Virus record (IMG/VR): IMGVR_UViG_3300035698_023946
Strand: one strand, 5' to 3'
DNA length: 41,363 nt
From: an uncultured virus (IMG/VR IMGVR_UViG_3300035698_023946)
Lineage: Duplodnaviria > Heunggongvirae > Uroviricota > Caudoviricetes
Under the pieces are notes generated by a model. That model made no database searches and was not told where the DNA came from. It worked only from the letters and a program-made list of their open reading frames with translations. Within the stretch, counting starts at the first letter, position 1. Each line of letters opens with the position of its first letter. Shown piece after piece: positions 1 through 7,593 of this stretch. The translations under genes and the position numbers were made by a program.

Positions 1-419
1 TTCTTTATCTCTTCTTTCATCTCAGAAAGAGTAATTCCCTTAGAATCGAATAGTTGCAAAAACTTTTCCAACTCCCTTATCATTAATCCATCATCTTCTT
101 CTTTAGACCAGCCTAAACTGATTCCATAATTTTCCTCAATATATTCTAAAACCTCTTGCCAAGAACTTATTCCATTAACTTGCTTAATCAGCTCAATTTG
201 ATCCCCTCCCTTCTTACAGCCAAAACAATGCCACAAGTTCTCTTCAAAATCAATCGAACAAGAAGGAGTGTTCTCTCTATGAATAGGACATAAAACCATT
301 TCCGTTGACGATCTTTTGGAATATTCTATTCCAAAATCTTTCAAAACATCTTCAATAGAAATTATGTTTTTAATCTTTTGTGCAAGTTCTTTTGAAACTT
401 TAAAATCTTTAGTATCCAT
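1..419 (-). CDS. DnaG-type primase N-terminal CHC2 zinc-finger protein (partial; runs off the window start)
   Basis: Not in the ORF track. Manual translation from ATG at 419 gives MDTKDFKVSKELAQKIKNIISIEDVLKDFGIEYSKRSSTEMVLCPIHRENTPSCSIDFEENLWHCFGCKKGGDQIELIKQVNGISSWQEVLEYI..., open to position 1. CPxH...CxxC(xxGGD) is the primase zinc-binding domain. It lies directly downstream of the DnaB-like gene. No TOPRIM domain is visible in the window. Confidence 0.85.
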   Translation of the reverse strand, partial: MDTKDFKVSKELAQKIKNIISIEDVLKDFGIEYSKRSSTEMVLCPIHRENTPSCSIDFEENLWHCFGCKKGGDQIELIKQVNGISSWQEVLEYIEENYGISLGWSKEEDDGLMIRELEKFLQLFDSKGITLSEMKEEIK

Positions 420-446
420 TTTCGTGTCTGTTTTATTTTAGTCCGT

Positions 447-2054
447 TCAGGTAGAATCGTCAAGAAGGTCGTCTACTGACCGTAGGCCCTGGAGTTCTCT
501 CATATCCGACAACAAGACCTCGTCATCATCTGGCTCACTTTTCTTAACGGAAACTCCAGTAGTCAGCTCTTCCTCGTCTTCTTTTGACAAAAAAGCCTCC
601 AACCCGTACTTGTCAGTCACCTCTTCAACTTCAGAAGAGATTTCACTTCCGGTGAGCGTCAACGATTCTGAAGTGGTTCCCTCAATCACAAATTCAGGAT
701 CTCTAAAAGCACAAATATCCCTTTCGAATCTTAAGGGGATATGAATATCGGCAACACCGTTTCTGTTCTTAACTATTTTCAAATTGCATTGACACTTATC
801 CTGATTGCTCATCTCAATTCCAAACATCGAATCAGAATCTTGAAATATTTGATCTGATTGACTGATGTCTTCACCAAAAATCTCAGTAACTCTAACTCCC
901 TTTTTTTCTTTCACGGCTGTAGATTTAACTTGAGAAGCGGCAACGATGGGGATATGCCACTTCTTTGCTACGGCTCTCAAATCTTTTGTCACTGTTCCAA
1001 ATTCCATATCTATTCTAGCACCATATCTTTCACCCGGCTTGATGAGAGAAATTTGATCGACAAAAACAATATCAGGGACCCAGGTTTGAAAATGATTCTC
1101 AACAATCATCTCTATATTTGAAACAGAAAATTTTCTAGCTCCTAACTGGAGAATGGCATATCTTCCACCATCTGGCTGATTTTCACAATTCTTTTTCATC
1201 TCCTTCTTATATGCAATCAGTCTATCAGATTCTTCATCCGTCACCTGTCCCCTAATGATAGAAGTCAATGGAATCCCTGTTTCCGAACTACTTATCTTAT
1301 GAGACCACATCAACATGTCATCTTCACAAGAAACAATGAGCACTTTTTTACCATGAAGACATTGCAACCAAGACATGCACTTCATAAGCGTACTCTTACC
1401 CGTTGCAGGCCGACCTGCGACAACATTTAACGTCCCTTTCTCGAAACCATTGAACCAATGATCGACAGAAGGATAGTAAGTAGGTATCCCTGCATATTTT
1501 TCAGGATTTTCTTTACGTAATCGTATGTCTTCTAACTGAGGTTCTATTTCATTAATGAAATCTAATACTTGCCATTCTCTCTCCTCTATATTGTGCTGTA
1601 GTGAAAGAAGTTTTTTGGTAAGATTTTTTACAGTTTCTCCAAAAGACTCTGTACCCTTCTTTCTTTCTTCCATAAATTCAACAACTAACTCGCCGGTTTT
1701 TTTAGAAAGTGCATCATCTTTGAATTTATTGAAATAGTAATCAAAAGATTCATCATCTGGACAAGAATCGTAAATACTATTGAAAAATGTTTCGTATTCA
1801 TGATAAGTCTCAGGATCGATTTTAGAAGAATTTCTAACATCTTCCATGTATACAGATTTTGTCAGTAAATTAGTAGTATTGTAATAATAATGAACGGCCA
1901 TTTCAAAAAGATCACGAACACCTTCATTGATAAACCATTCCGGCTGTATATTCCCACTAACAGCCGTCTCAATCAATTCCTTACTTCGGAATAGATACGA
2001 AAGGACGACCCTCTCATACCTACTTCCTTCTTGTTGAACAATTCTTCTAACCAT
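447..2054 (-). CDS. dnaB: Replicative DNA helicase, DnaB/SF4 family
   Basis: Walker A AGRPATGKST, VSCED (catalytic Glu), Walker B DIVFVDQI, IVAASQV, SDQIFQDSD and KNRNG arginine-finger motifs; GIPTYYPSVD..FNGF linker; long acidic C-terminal tail. Confidence 0.93.
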   Translation of the reverse strand: MVRRIVQQEGSRYERVVLSYLFRSKELIETAVSGNIQPEWFINEGVRDLFEMAVHYYYNTTNLLTKSVYMEDVRNSSKIDPETYHEYETFFNSIYDSCPDDESFDYYFNKFKDDALSKKTGELVVEFMEERKKGTESFGETVKNLTKKLLSLQHNIEEREWQVLDFINEIEPQLEDIRLRKENPEKYAGIPTYYPSVDHWFNGFEKGTLNVVAGRPATGKSTLMKCMSWLQCLHGKKVLIVSCEDDMLMWSHKISSSETGIPLTSIIRGQVTDEESDRLIAYKKEMKKNCENQPDGGRYAILQLGARKFSVSNIEMIVENHFQTWVPDIVFVDQISLIKPGERYGARIDMEFGTVTKDLRAVAKKWHIPIVAASQVKSTAVKEKKGVRVTEIFGEDISQSDQIFQDSDSMFGIEMSNQDKCQCNLKIVKNRNGVADIHIPLRFERDICAFRDPEFVIEGTTSESLTLTGSEISSEVEEVTDKYGLEAFLSKEDEEELTTGVSVKKSEPDDDEVLLSDMRELQGLRSVDDLLDDST

Positions 2055-2059
2055 ATCGA

Positions 2060-2794
2060 TTAACCGTTCCGAATTATCTCAACAATCTTCTTCATGTCGA
2101 GACCTTCTTTTGGTTTATTTTTAGTGTTGTAAGATTGTAGGTTTTGTATAACCTCAATCAAATTAAATTTTCCCAAATTATCTTTCATCGACAAGTCTAT
2201 GAGATTGAGATATTCATTAGCGTAATTTATGATAGTTTGACAATACGAATCTGCCAATGATGTGTAACTTTGATATGAACAAAATATCATCGGCTTTCTT
2301 CTCTGTCTCCGATAAGAGATTATGTCAGAAAGAGTGTCATGTATTTTTGAATCTTTTTGATTCTTAGATGAATCTATAGAATCTAACATCAAATAGTCCA
2401 CCTCATAACATCTATCGATAGACTCCTGATCTCGTTCTCTATAATATCGATTTATGTTCAATATCAAAGATGAAAACTCCACATAATAACAAGTCTTCAT
2501 ATTCTCTAGTGCAGATCTTAATACATAGAACCCAAGTAATGAAATCCCTTGTTTCCTATTCCTTTGTCCCTTTATGAAAAACCCTCTTCCATTCTTGAAA
2601 TTATCTTCTAAATTCTCAATATACTTGACAACTTTAGCTAGTGCCAGCATCTTAAGCTGACAAGGTTTTTTATCAAATCCATTCACATCATAATCTTTCA
2701 AAGAATAACGCCAATACTCCAGTGGTATATTGGCTTCTTGTTTATTTGTCTCATGAGTATATGAATTGACTTTTAAAACCTGATCGTTCATCAT
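2060..2794 (-). CDS. DnaC/IstB-like helicase loader (AAA+-derived, degenerate Walker A)
   Basis: ANIPLEYWRYSLKDY N-terminal motif, GRGFFIKG strand before the P-loop position, Walker B-like DYLMLDSID and IISYRRQRRKPMIFCS (compare IIxxRYxxxKPTIITSN). Immediately upstream of dnaB. Confidence 0.75.
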   Translation of the reverse strand: MMNDQVLKVNSYTHETNKQEANIPLEYWRYSLKDYDVNGFDKKPCQLKMLALAKVVKYIENLEDNFKNGRGFFIKGQRNRKQGISLLGFYVLRSALENMKTCYYVEFSSLILNINRYYRERDQESIDRCYEVDYLMLDSIDSSKNQKDSKIHDTLSDIISYRRQRRKPMIFCSYQSYTSLADSYCQTIINYANEYLNLIDLSMKDNLGKFNLIEVIQNLQSYNTKNKPKEGLDMKKIVEIIRNG

Positions 2795-2816
2795 TCAGTT
2801 TTCTCCACTAACTCCT

Positions 2817-2845
2817 AGTATAAAAACTTCCTTCCGGATTGTCAA
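2817..2845 (-). promoter_or_regulatory. Sigma70-type promoter for the loader-helicase-primase genes
   Basis: Minus strand TTGACA (2845-2840), 17 nt spacer, TATACT (2822-2817); GGAG Shine-Dalgarno-like sequence before the ATG at 2794. Confidence 0.8.
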
Positions 2846-2872
2846 CGTTTGATGAGAGGAGGAGACCGCTTG

Positions 2873-3082
2873 TCAATCATCAAGAAGTAATTTACGGCCA
2901 ATAGCTCGATACTCAAGAGATCTCTTGATAGGTTCAACCATAGCTTCTGCAAGAGTTTTTCGACCTTCATTACAATCTAAAGCCGCAGTCATGATAAGTT
3001 CTCTTTCATAATCTCTGATAGGAATCGAAAAAGTAGGATGTTCTTGAATACTTTTCGGAAGTGATTTTATTTTGATTAACAT
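2873..3082 (-). CDS. Small hypothetical protein (~69 aa); C-terminal half resembles the N-terminus of a large-phage major capsid protein
   Basis: Likely start is ATG 3082, overlapping the upstream stop (ATGTTAA); the track starts at 3115. The segment ELIMTAALDCNEGRKTLAEAMVEPIKRSLEYRAIGRKLL is a recalled similarity only, not searched. Confidence 0.6.
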   Translation of the reverse strand: MLIKIKSLPKSIQEHPTFSIPIRDYERELIMTAALDCNEGRKTLAEAMVEPIKRSLEYRAIGRKLLLDD

Positions 3083-4014
3083 TTTTTCAATTCTCTTTTT
3101 AACTGAAGTAAACATTTCAAAGAAGATCGATTAGGATGACCGTTCAACCACCAACTCTTTTTTCTCAAGTTCAACGCATCGACAGACTTGTTCATAAATA
3201 CCTTCCAATCAGGAATCTCTGATTTACTCAACTCATTTCGGAAAGGATAAGGTCCCCAGTAAATAGAATTCTTGATGACATCTTCCAGGAAACGAGTTTC
3301 ATCTTTCAAGCTAGTCAATTCGAACTTAAGTCTATTCTTTATCGTTTCATAAATTATCTCATGAGTTCTTTGAGGAGTTTTTTTGAATCTCTTCCAAATG
3401 AAATACTGCATCACAGGAATTCCCATTTGGCGAATGAGATGATCTAGGTTTTTCACTTCATCATCAAGAGACTCAAACAAAGTGTCCTGATCGATCCTGA
3501 CTCCTCTAAGATTCTTGTCCCAAAATCTTTCTCTTTCTCTCATTGGTTCAATATTGTTCACAAAATAATAAGGTATCCTCTTTTTAACAATGGAAACAAA
3601 AGCATAAAACTTCACATCATTTTCCAACATCCATGGAAATGTGTTTTGGTAAATATCGAAATACATATTCTTCAATTCTTCATTTGTGAAAAAATACTCT
3701 TCAAAAGCAATCTTCCGAATGTCTGAAAACGTGATATTGAAAGTTTTCAAATCCATCGGAAACTTTGTATCAAAAAAACTCTGGTATAAATCAGTTATGA
3801 ACTTTCTCCAGTGAGTGAAAGTCCAACCATCTACAGGTATTTGTAAATCAATGGGAAGTTTTTGTTGAACGGGTATGATTGAGGTTTTTACAAATCCTTT
3901 ATCATCAAAAAAAATCGGATTTCTTGGAACAAACTGTTTTTCAGGTATTTTGACCATTTCTTCACAAGTGTCAGATAAAAGTGACTTTTTCATGAGATCA
4001 ACTGCAGATACCAT
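3076..4014 (-). CDS. Hypothetical protein (312 aa); possible origin-binding/initiator protein by position
   Basis: Long ORF with AAGGAG about 9 nt upstream of the ATG; first gene downstream of the candidate origin and the 4163-4191 promoter; no recognisable motif. Confidence 0.75.
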   Translation of the reverse strand: MVSAVDLMKKSLLSDTCEEMVKIPEKQFVPRNPIFFDDKGFVKTSIIPVQQKLPIDLQIPVDGWTFTHWRKFITDLYQSFFDTKFPMDLKTFNITFSDIRKIAFEEYFFTNEELKNMYFDIYQNTFPWMLENDVKFYAFVSIVKKRIPYYFVNNIEPMRERERFWDKNLRGVRIDQDTLFESLDDEVKNLDHLIRQMGIPVMQYFIWKRFKKTPQRTHEIIYETIKNRLKFELTSLKDETRFLEDVIKNSIYWGPYPFRNELSKSEIPDWKVFMNKSVDALNLRKKSWWLNGHPNRSSLKCLLQLKRELKKC

Positions 4015-4162
4015 CGATAAATTTCTCCTTTTAACAAATCTTACGTGGTGATTGGATTTTCATTCAGGGATACCCTCACTCATCTATTCTCATTAACAAA
4101 ATGAAAAGCATCTGTTTTTCTGTTCCTTTTAAAGTTCGAAAATGAACACTTTCTTCTTTCTT

Positions 4163-4191
4163 ATTATATTTTCAATTTCCCTAAAACTCAA
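4163..4191 (-). promoter_or_regulatory. Sigma70-type promoter firing away from the candidate origin into the replication operon
   Basis: Minus strand TTGAGT (4191-4186), 17 nt spacer, TATAAT (4168-4163). Confidence 0.7.
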
Positions 4192-4192
4192 G

Positions 4193-4660
4193 CCCTTTTT
4201 TCTTTTTTGCTTTGCTGTTTCTGCTGTTCTTTCCTCTGGCGACCGAAGGGAGACTGCCAATCGTGAGCGTCATGAGCCAAAGGCGAATAGCGAAGGGTTG
4301 CAAAAGTGCTTTCTTTGGTGGAGGCATCTCTGAAAGAGTGCTGTAACCAAAAAAGTGCTTTAATTGAGAGTCGTTCAAAATTTTGTCATTCTAAGGGGTC
4401 ATTCATGTACCCCCAATATAGCCCCTCATTCTTGTGGCCCCATATATGGGGGGTCAATTTTGGTAAAAATCTTATTACAAGACTTCGTCTTGATGACCCC
4501 TTCACTCCGTTCACGGATCATGATGTCCTTCGGACATGGGTAGAAGAGAAAAAGAAGAAAAGAAAAGAAGCAAAAGAAAAAAAGAAAGTTTTATAAAAGA
4601 ATGGCCCCCCATATATGACCCCCCATATATGGGGCCTCTATATAGACCCCCCAATACTCG
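4193..4660. other. Candidate origin of replication (non-coding, dyad-symmetric)
   Basis: Only large intergenic gap, embedded among replication genes; pyrimidine tract 4193-4237 opposite purine tract 4541-4588, GAA-loop mini-hairpins on opposite strands, and GC-rich palindromic repeats. Confidence 0.6.
4436..4636. repeat. Perfect 21-bp inverted repeat pair, each arm with the palindrome CCCCATATATGGGG
   Basis: GGCCCCATATATGGGGGGTCA (4436-4456) is the exact reverse complement of TGACCCCCCATATATGGGGCC (4616-4636); partial copies at about 4408-4421, 4603-4617 and 4645-4656. Confidence 0.92.
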
Positions 4661-4775
4661 ACCCGCAAACGGCTCTCGTTATTATACGAAAAAATATATC
4701 CCACCACGAATTGGACCAAGTTAAAATCTTGTTTATCATTAATATGGTTCTAGAGAGGCTTGTAAGTGGTTGATT

Positions 4776-5630
4776 TCACTGAACTAAGATGGATTCTATT
4801 TGATCTATTTCCTCTTCAGAAATGTCCGGTGTATCGTAAATAAAAGAAATGAAGAATTTTGAATGTCTAGTTAACGACAAGCTGTTTTTTTCTATATGAA
4901 AACCATTTTTGCAAGCTTTTGGAATTTCAATTAAGGTTGTTTTGTTCAATATCGTCCTCTTGATTTTTTGACCTTTCAAGGCTGTGATGAATGGAATTTT
5001 ATATATGAGGACCACATTCAAGTCATTGTCACATTCAATTTCAAAAGCATCTTTTGAAATCAATTTTTTGTCATTGATTAACTTAGGAACGAAATTTATG
5101 ATGAGGCTTGTCGTCTCGTCAATGTCTCTCACAGCTCTTCTTTGGATCAATTCCCTAGGATGCACGATGATGGTCTCATTAAAAACTTTTCCATTAGGTA
5201 GCCTCAACTCTTTTTCAATGGTTTTTCCATAGTAAAGGTCTAGGAAGGTAAGCTCATATATGACGTTTTGAACAATTTGTCGATTAAAAACTCCCCTTCC
5301 TCCAAACAGGTCTTCAAAATTGAATCCACCAGGAAACCCTGATCCTCCAAAACCGCCACCTCTGGCTCCTGAAGACCCGAACGGAGATTTAGGCACTTTG
5401 GGATTAAACCCTGTCTCCATGTCGTATGAGCGTCTTTTAATGGGGTCTGAGAGGATTTCATATGCCTCTTGAACTTCTTTGAACTTGTTTTCCGCTTCAG
5501 CATCACCCTGATTTCTGTCAGGATGATGCTTGAGGCATAATTCACGATACTTTTTCTTTAAAGATTCATCTCCATCTTCAAAATTTGATAAAATTCCAAT
5601 TGTTTCGTAATGATTAGTTGTTTCATTCAT
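4776..5630 (-). CDS. DnaJ-family co-chaperone (J domain, G/F-rich region, C-terminal domain, no zinc finger)
   Basis: [14 protein letters not shown]...[26 protein letters not shown] domain with [35 protein letters not shown] and [10 protein letters not shown]-terminal motifs; no CxxCxGxG repeats. Confidence 0.9.
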   Translation of the reverse strand: MNETTNHYETIGILSNFEDGDESLKKKYRELCLKHHPDRNQGDAEAENKFKEVQEAYEILSDPIKRRSYDMETGFNPKVPKSPFGSSGARGGGFGGSGFPGGFNFEDLFGGRGVFNRQIVQNVIYELTFLDLYYGKTIEKELRLPNGKVFNETIIVHPRELIQRRAVRDIDETTSLIINFVPKLINDKKLISKDAFEIECDNDLNVVLIYKIPFITALKGQKIKRTILNKTTLIEIPKACKNGFHIEKNSLSLTRHSKFFISFIYDTPDISEEEIDQIESILVQ

Positions 5631-5631
5631 C

Positions 5632-7287
5632 TTATATTATGTCTGATTTGCTTTCTTTTTCAAATTTAACAATTTTAGCGACCTTACTAGGGTCCTCTCT
5701 CAAAAAGTAATTCTCATCAACAACTTCTACGTCAAATAGTTCTTCAGATTTATAAGTTCTCTTTCTAGCTAATGCATGTTTTTTGCAATATTTGCATTCA
5801 TCCATGAAATCGATGACAATTGCTTCAGTTTTTCCCTCAAAAGGACGGATTACCCTTCCGATTCGTTGTAAAGCCTTTGTTTTACTCTTCCCGGAACCGG
5901 CCAAGATCAAAACATCTAAACTAGGGATATCCAGACCTTCATCGGCAAGCGTTGTGGCAATCATGATTTTAAGAGTTCTATTTCTCAAATTCTCAATAGC
6001 TTCATTTCTTTTTTTAGAGCTTTTTGTTCCATCTATAAACACTGCGTCTGGAAGCAACTCTTGTAAAAGCTTACCATGTTTTATTTGCCTAACAAGAATC
6101 AAGATAGATTTATCAGCTTCAGAAAACACGTTAGCCCAATGAGAAATCCACCTGTTTCTATCCTCGTTTTCAACAATTTCTTCCTTATATTCTGTTTGAT
6201 AAGATTTTGATCGACACCGATTGTTTACTTTCCACATGAATATTTTTGGTTTAACTAAATACCCATTTTGGATCAAGTGTGAAGAATCTACATTTATCAA
6301 ATTTTCTCCAAAAAGACCCTCTATCGTAATGTCCTCACCATCTTCTCGAAAGGGAGTTGCAGAAAGTCCGAATTTATACAATGCGTTTTGACATTCGAAT
6401 AAAACATTTCTGCATGTTTCTGCAGGAGCATGTTGGCATTCGTCAAAAAACAACAATCTCACTTCATGCAATAGGTGCATGACCATTTTCATTTGATCTT
6501 GATCGACTTCTCCTTCTTCCATGTCTCCCAGACCACCATCCATCCATTCTGAAATCTCTTTTATTGAAGCGGAAAACTCGTCGGCTTTTCCTAAACATCT
6601 CATGACTGTTTGAATTGTGGCAACATTGATCTTTTTAATTTCACACTTACTGTCGCCAATGATTCCGACTTCCCCTTCCATATCTAAAGAAGTTTCAAAA
6701 CATGACTTCGCTTGATATAAGAGATCTTTAGTAGTAACTAAAAACAATACAGGATAGATTCCTAATTGTTTAATAATGTTGGCAGCAACAATTGTCTTTC
6801 CGCCACCAGTGGCAATCTGTAGAAGACCTCTTTTTTTAGATAAGGCAACATCGATACATCTTTGTTGATACTCTCTTATCTTATAATCTTCATTCCAATT
6901 TAAGTTTAGATCGATATCTTCATTTGCAGAATACTCGGTCGCATGTTCTATCATTGGAAACACGTTATACTTGGCCATGACTCTGATTATTCTTGGAACA
7001 TTACCTGTCAAAAGCATCCAAGGTTCTGTCACATATCTTTTCCAGGCAATTTTCTTCAAAGGGATTCCAGTCAGGTTTATGAGATGCTTCCGACCGTCCC
7101 ACAACCGATTCCCATCTCTGTCAAATTTGTTGTACATTTGAGTGTGTTCTCTGCCAATGACAGGAAAGGAAAGTTCTGTGTCAATTTCGTTGAGCATTGG
7201 GCCATAATAGTACTCTAACTCATTTGGAACAACCAACTTAGAGAGAATATTTCCGATAACAATTGTGGGTCTGCGGTCTTGATCCAT
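5632..7287 (-). CDS. Superfamily 2 DExH helicase (UvsW/XPB-like)
   Basis: Q motif IREYQQ, Walker A IATGGGKT, motif II FFDECQH, motif III LSATP, motif V ADEGLDIP, motif [10 protein letters not shown]. Confidence 0.92.
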   Translation of the reverse strand: MDQDRRPTIVIGNILSKLVVPNELEYYYGPMLNEIDTELSFPVIGREHTQMYNKFDRDGNRLWDGRKHLINLTGIPLKKIAWKRYVTEPWMLLTGNVPRIIRVMAKYNVFPMIEHATEYSANEDIDLNLNWNEDYKIREYQQRCIDVALSKKRGLLQIATGGGKTIVAANIIKQLGIYPVLFLVTTKDLLYQAKSCFETSLDMEGEVGIIGDSKCEIKKINVATIQTVMRCLGKADEFSASIKEISEWMDGGLGDMEEGEVDQDQMKMVMHLLHEVRLLFFDECQHAPAETCRNVLFECQNALYKFGLSATPFREDGEDITIEGLFGENLINVDSSHLIQNGYLVKPKIFMWKVNNRCRSKSYQTEYKEEIVENEDRNRWISHWANVFSEADKSILILVRQIKHGKLLQELLPDAVFIDGTKSSKKRNEAIENLRNRTLKIMIATTLADEGLDIPSLDVLILAGSGKSKTKALQRIGRVIRPFEGKTEAIVIDFMDECKYCKKHALARKRTYKSEELFDVEVVDENYFLREDPSKVAKIVKFEKESKSDII

Positions 7288-7293
7288 ATACTA

Positions 7294-7322
7294 AGTTTAC
7301 TCCAAACCTAAAACAAAAACAA
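7294..7322 (-). promoter_or_regulatory. Possible sigma70-like promoter for the SF2 helicase-dnaJ unit, possibly leaderless
   Basis: Minus strand TTGTTT, 17 nt spacer, TAAACT, then 6 nt to the ATG at 7287; overlaps the upstream terminator. Confidence 0.35.
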
Positions 7323-7346
7323 CCCCATATTGAATATGAGGTTGCC
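7311..7346 (-). terminator. Rho-independent terminator after the 44-aa gene
   Basis: Minus-strand RNA GGCAACCUCAUAU-UCA-AUAUGGGGUUGUU forms a stem with G:U pairs and runs into a U-rich tail (UUUUUGUUUU). Confidence 0.75.
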
Positions 7347-7379
7347 TTTGATTAAAGAGAAATTATCTAGGTATTTATT

Positions 7380-7514
7380 CTAATCTGAATCTTTATTTTC
7401 GGTTTCTAGATCTTCGGTTTTAAGGTCTTTATCTTCAAGACTTTCTGTTTTCAGCAATTCGTCTTTGGAAATAGCTTCTACGATGTTTCCCTGAGCTTTT
7501 TTTACAAATGGCAT
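7380..7514 (-). CDS. Small acidic protein (44 aa) MPFVKKAQGNIVEAISKDELLKTESLEDKDLKTEDLETENKDSD
   Basis: AAGGAG about 7 nt upstream of ATG 7514 and a terminator after the stop; the longer track start (7634) overlaps the plus-strand gene. Confidence 0.7.
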   Translation of the reverse strand: MPFVKKAQGNIVEAISKDELLKTESLEDKDLKTEDLETENKDSD

Positions 7515-7593
7515 AATAATTCTCCTTGTTACTACTTTTAATATTACGTATTTTTTATTTAAAGTCCTCTTTGAAAAACCGTATAGTAGGTTT

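Noticed and set aside
4031..4111. Two tiny minus-strand ORFs (MLFILLMRIDE, MKIQSPRKIC) in the leader of the 312-aa gene
   Set aside because: Too short to distinguish from chance; no attenuator structure seen.
4393..4656. Repeats considered as a CRISPR array or IS/MITE ends
   Set aside because: No regularly spaced direct repeats with unique spacers, no cas or transposase gene and no target-site duplication.
4681..4710. Minus-strand TATAAT (4686-4681) pointing into the candidate origin
   Set aside because: No credible -35 or extended -10 element; TATAAT alone is common in AT-rich DNA.
4142..4724. Four short ORFs (4142-4333, 4181-4378, 4306-4596, 4536-4724) in the intergenic gap
   Set aside because: They overlap one another and lack RBS support; their poly-Lys, Phe and Pro-Pro-x-Tyr content simply mirrors the DNA tracts and repeats.
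447..7287. Inteins or introns in the helicases
   Set aside because: Motif spacing is normal; no LAGLIDADG or intein splice-junction motifs seen.
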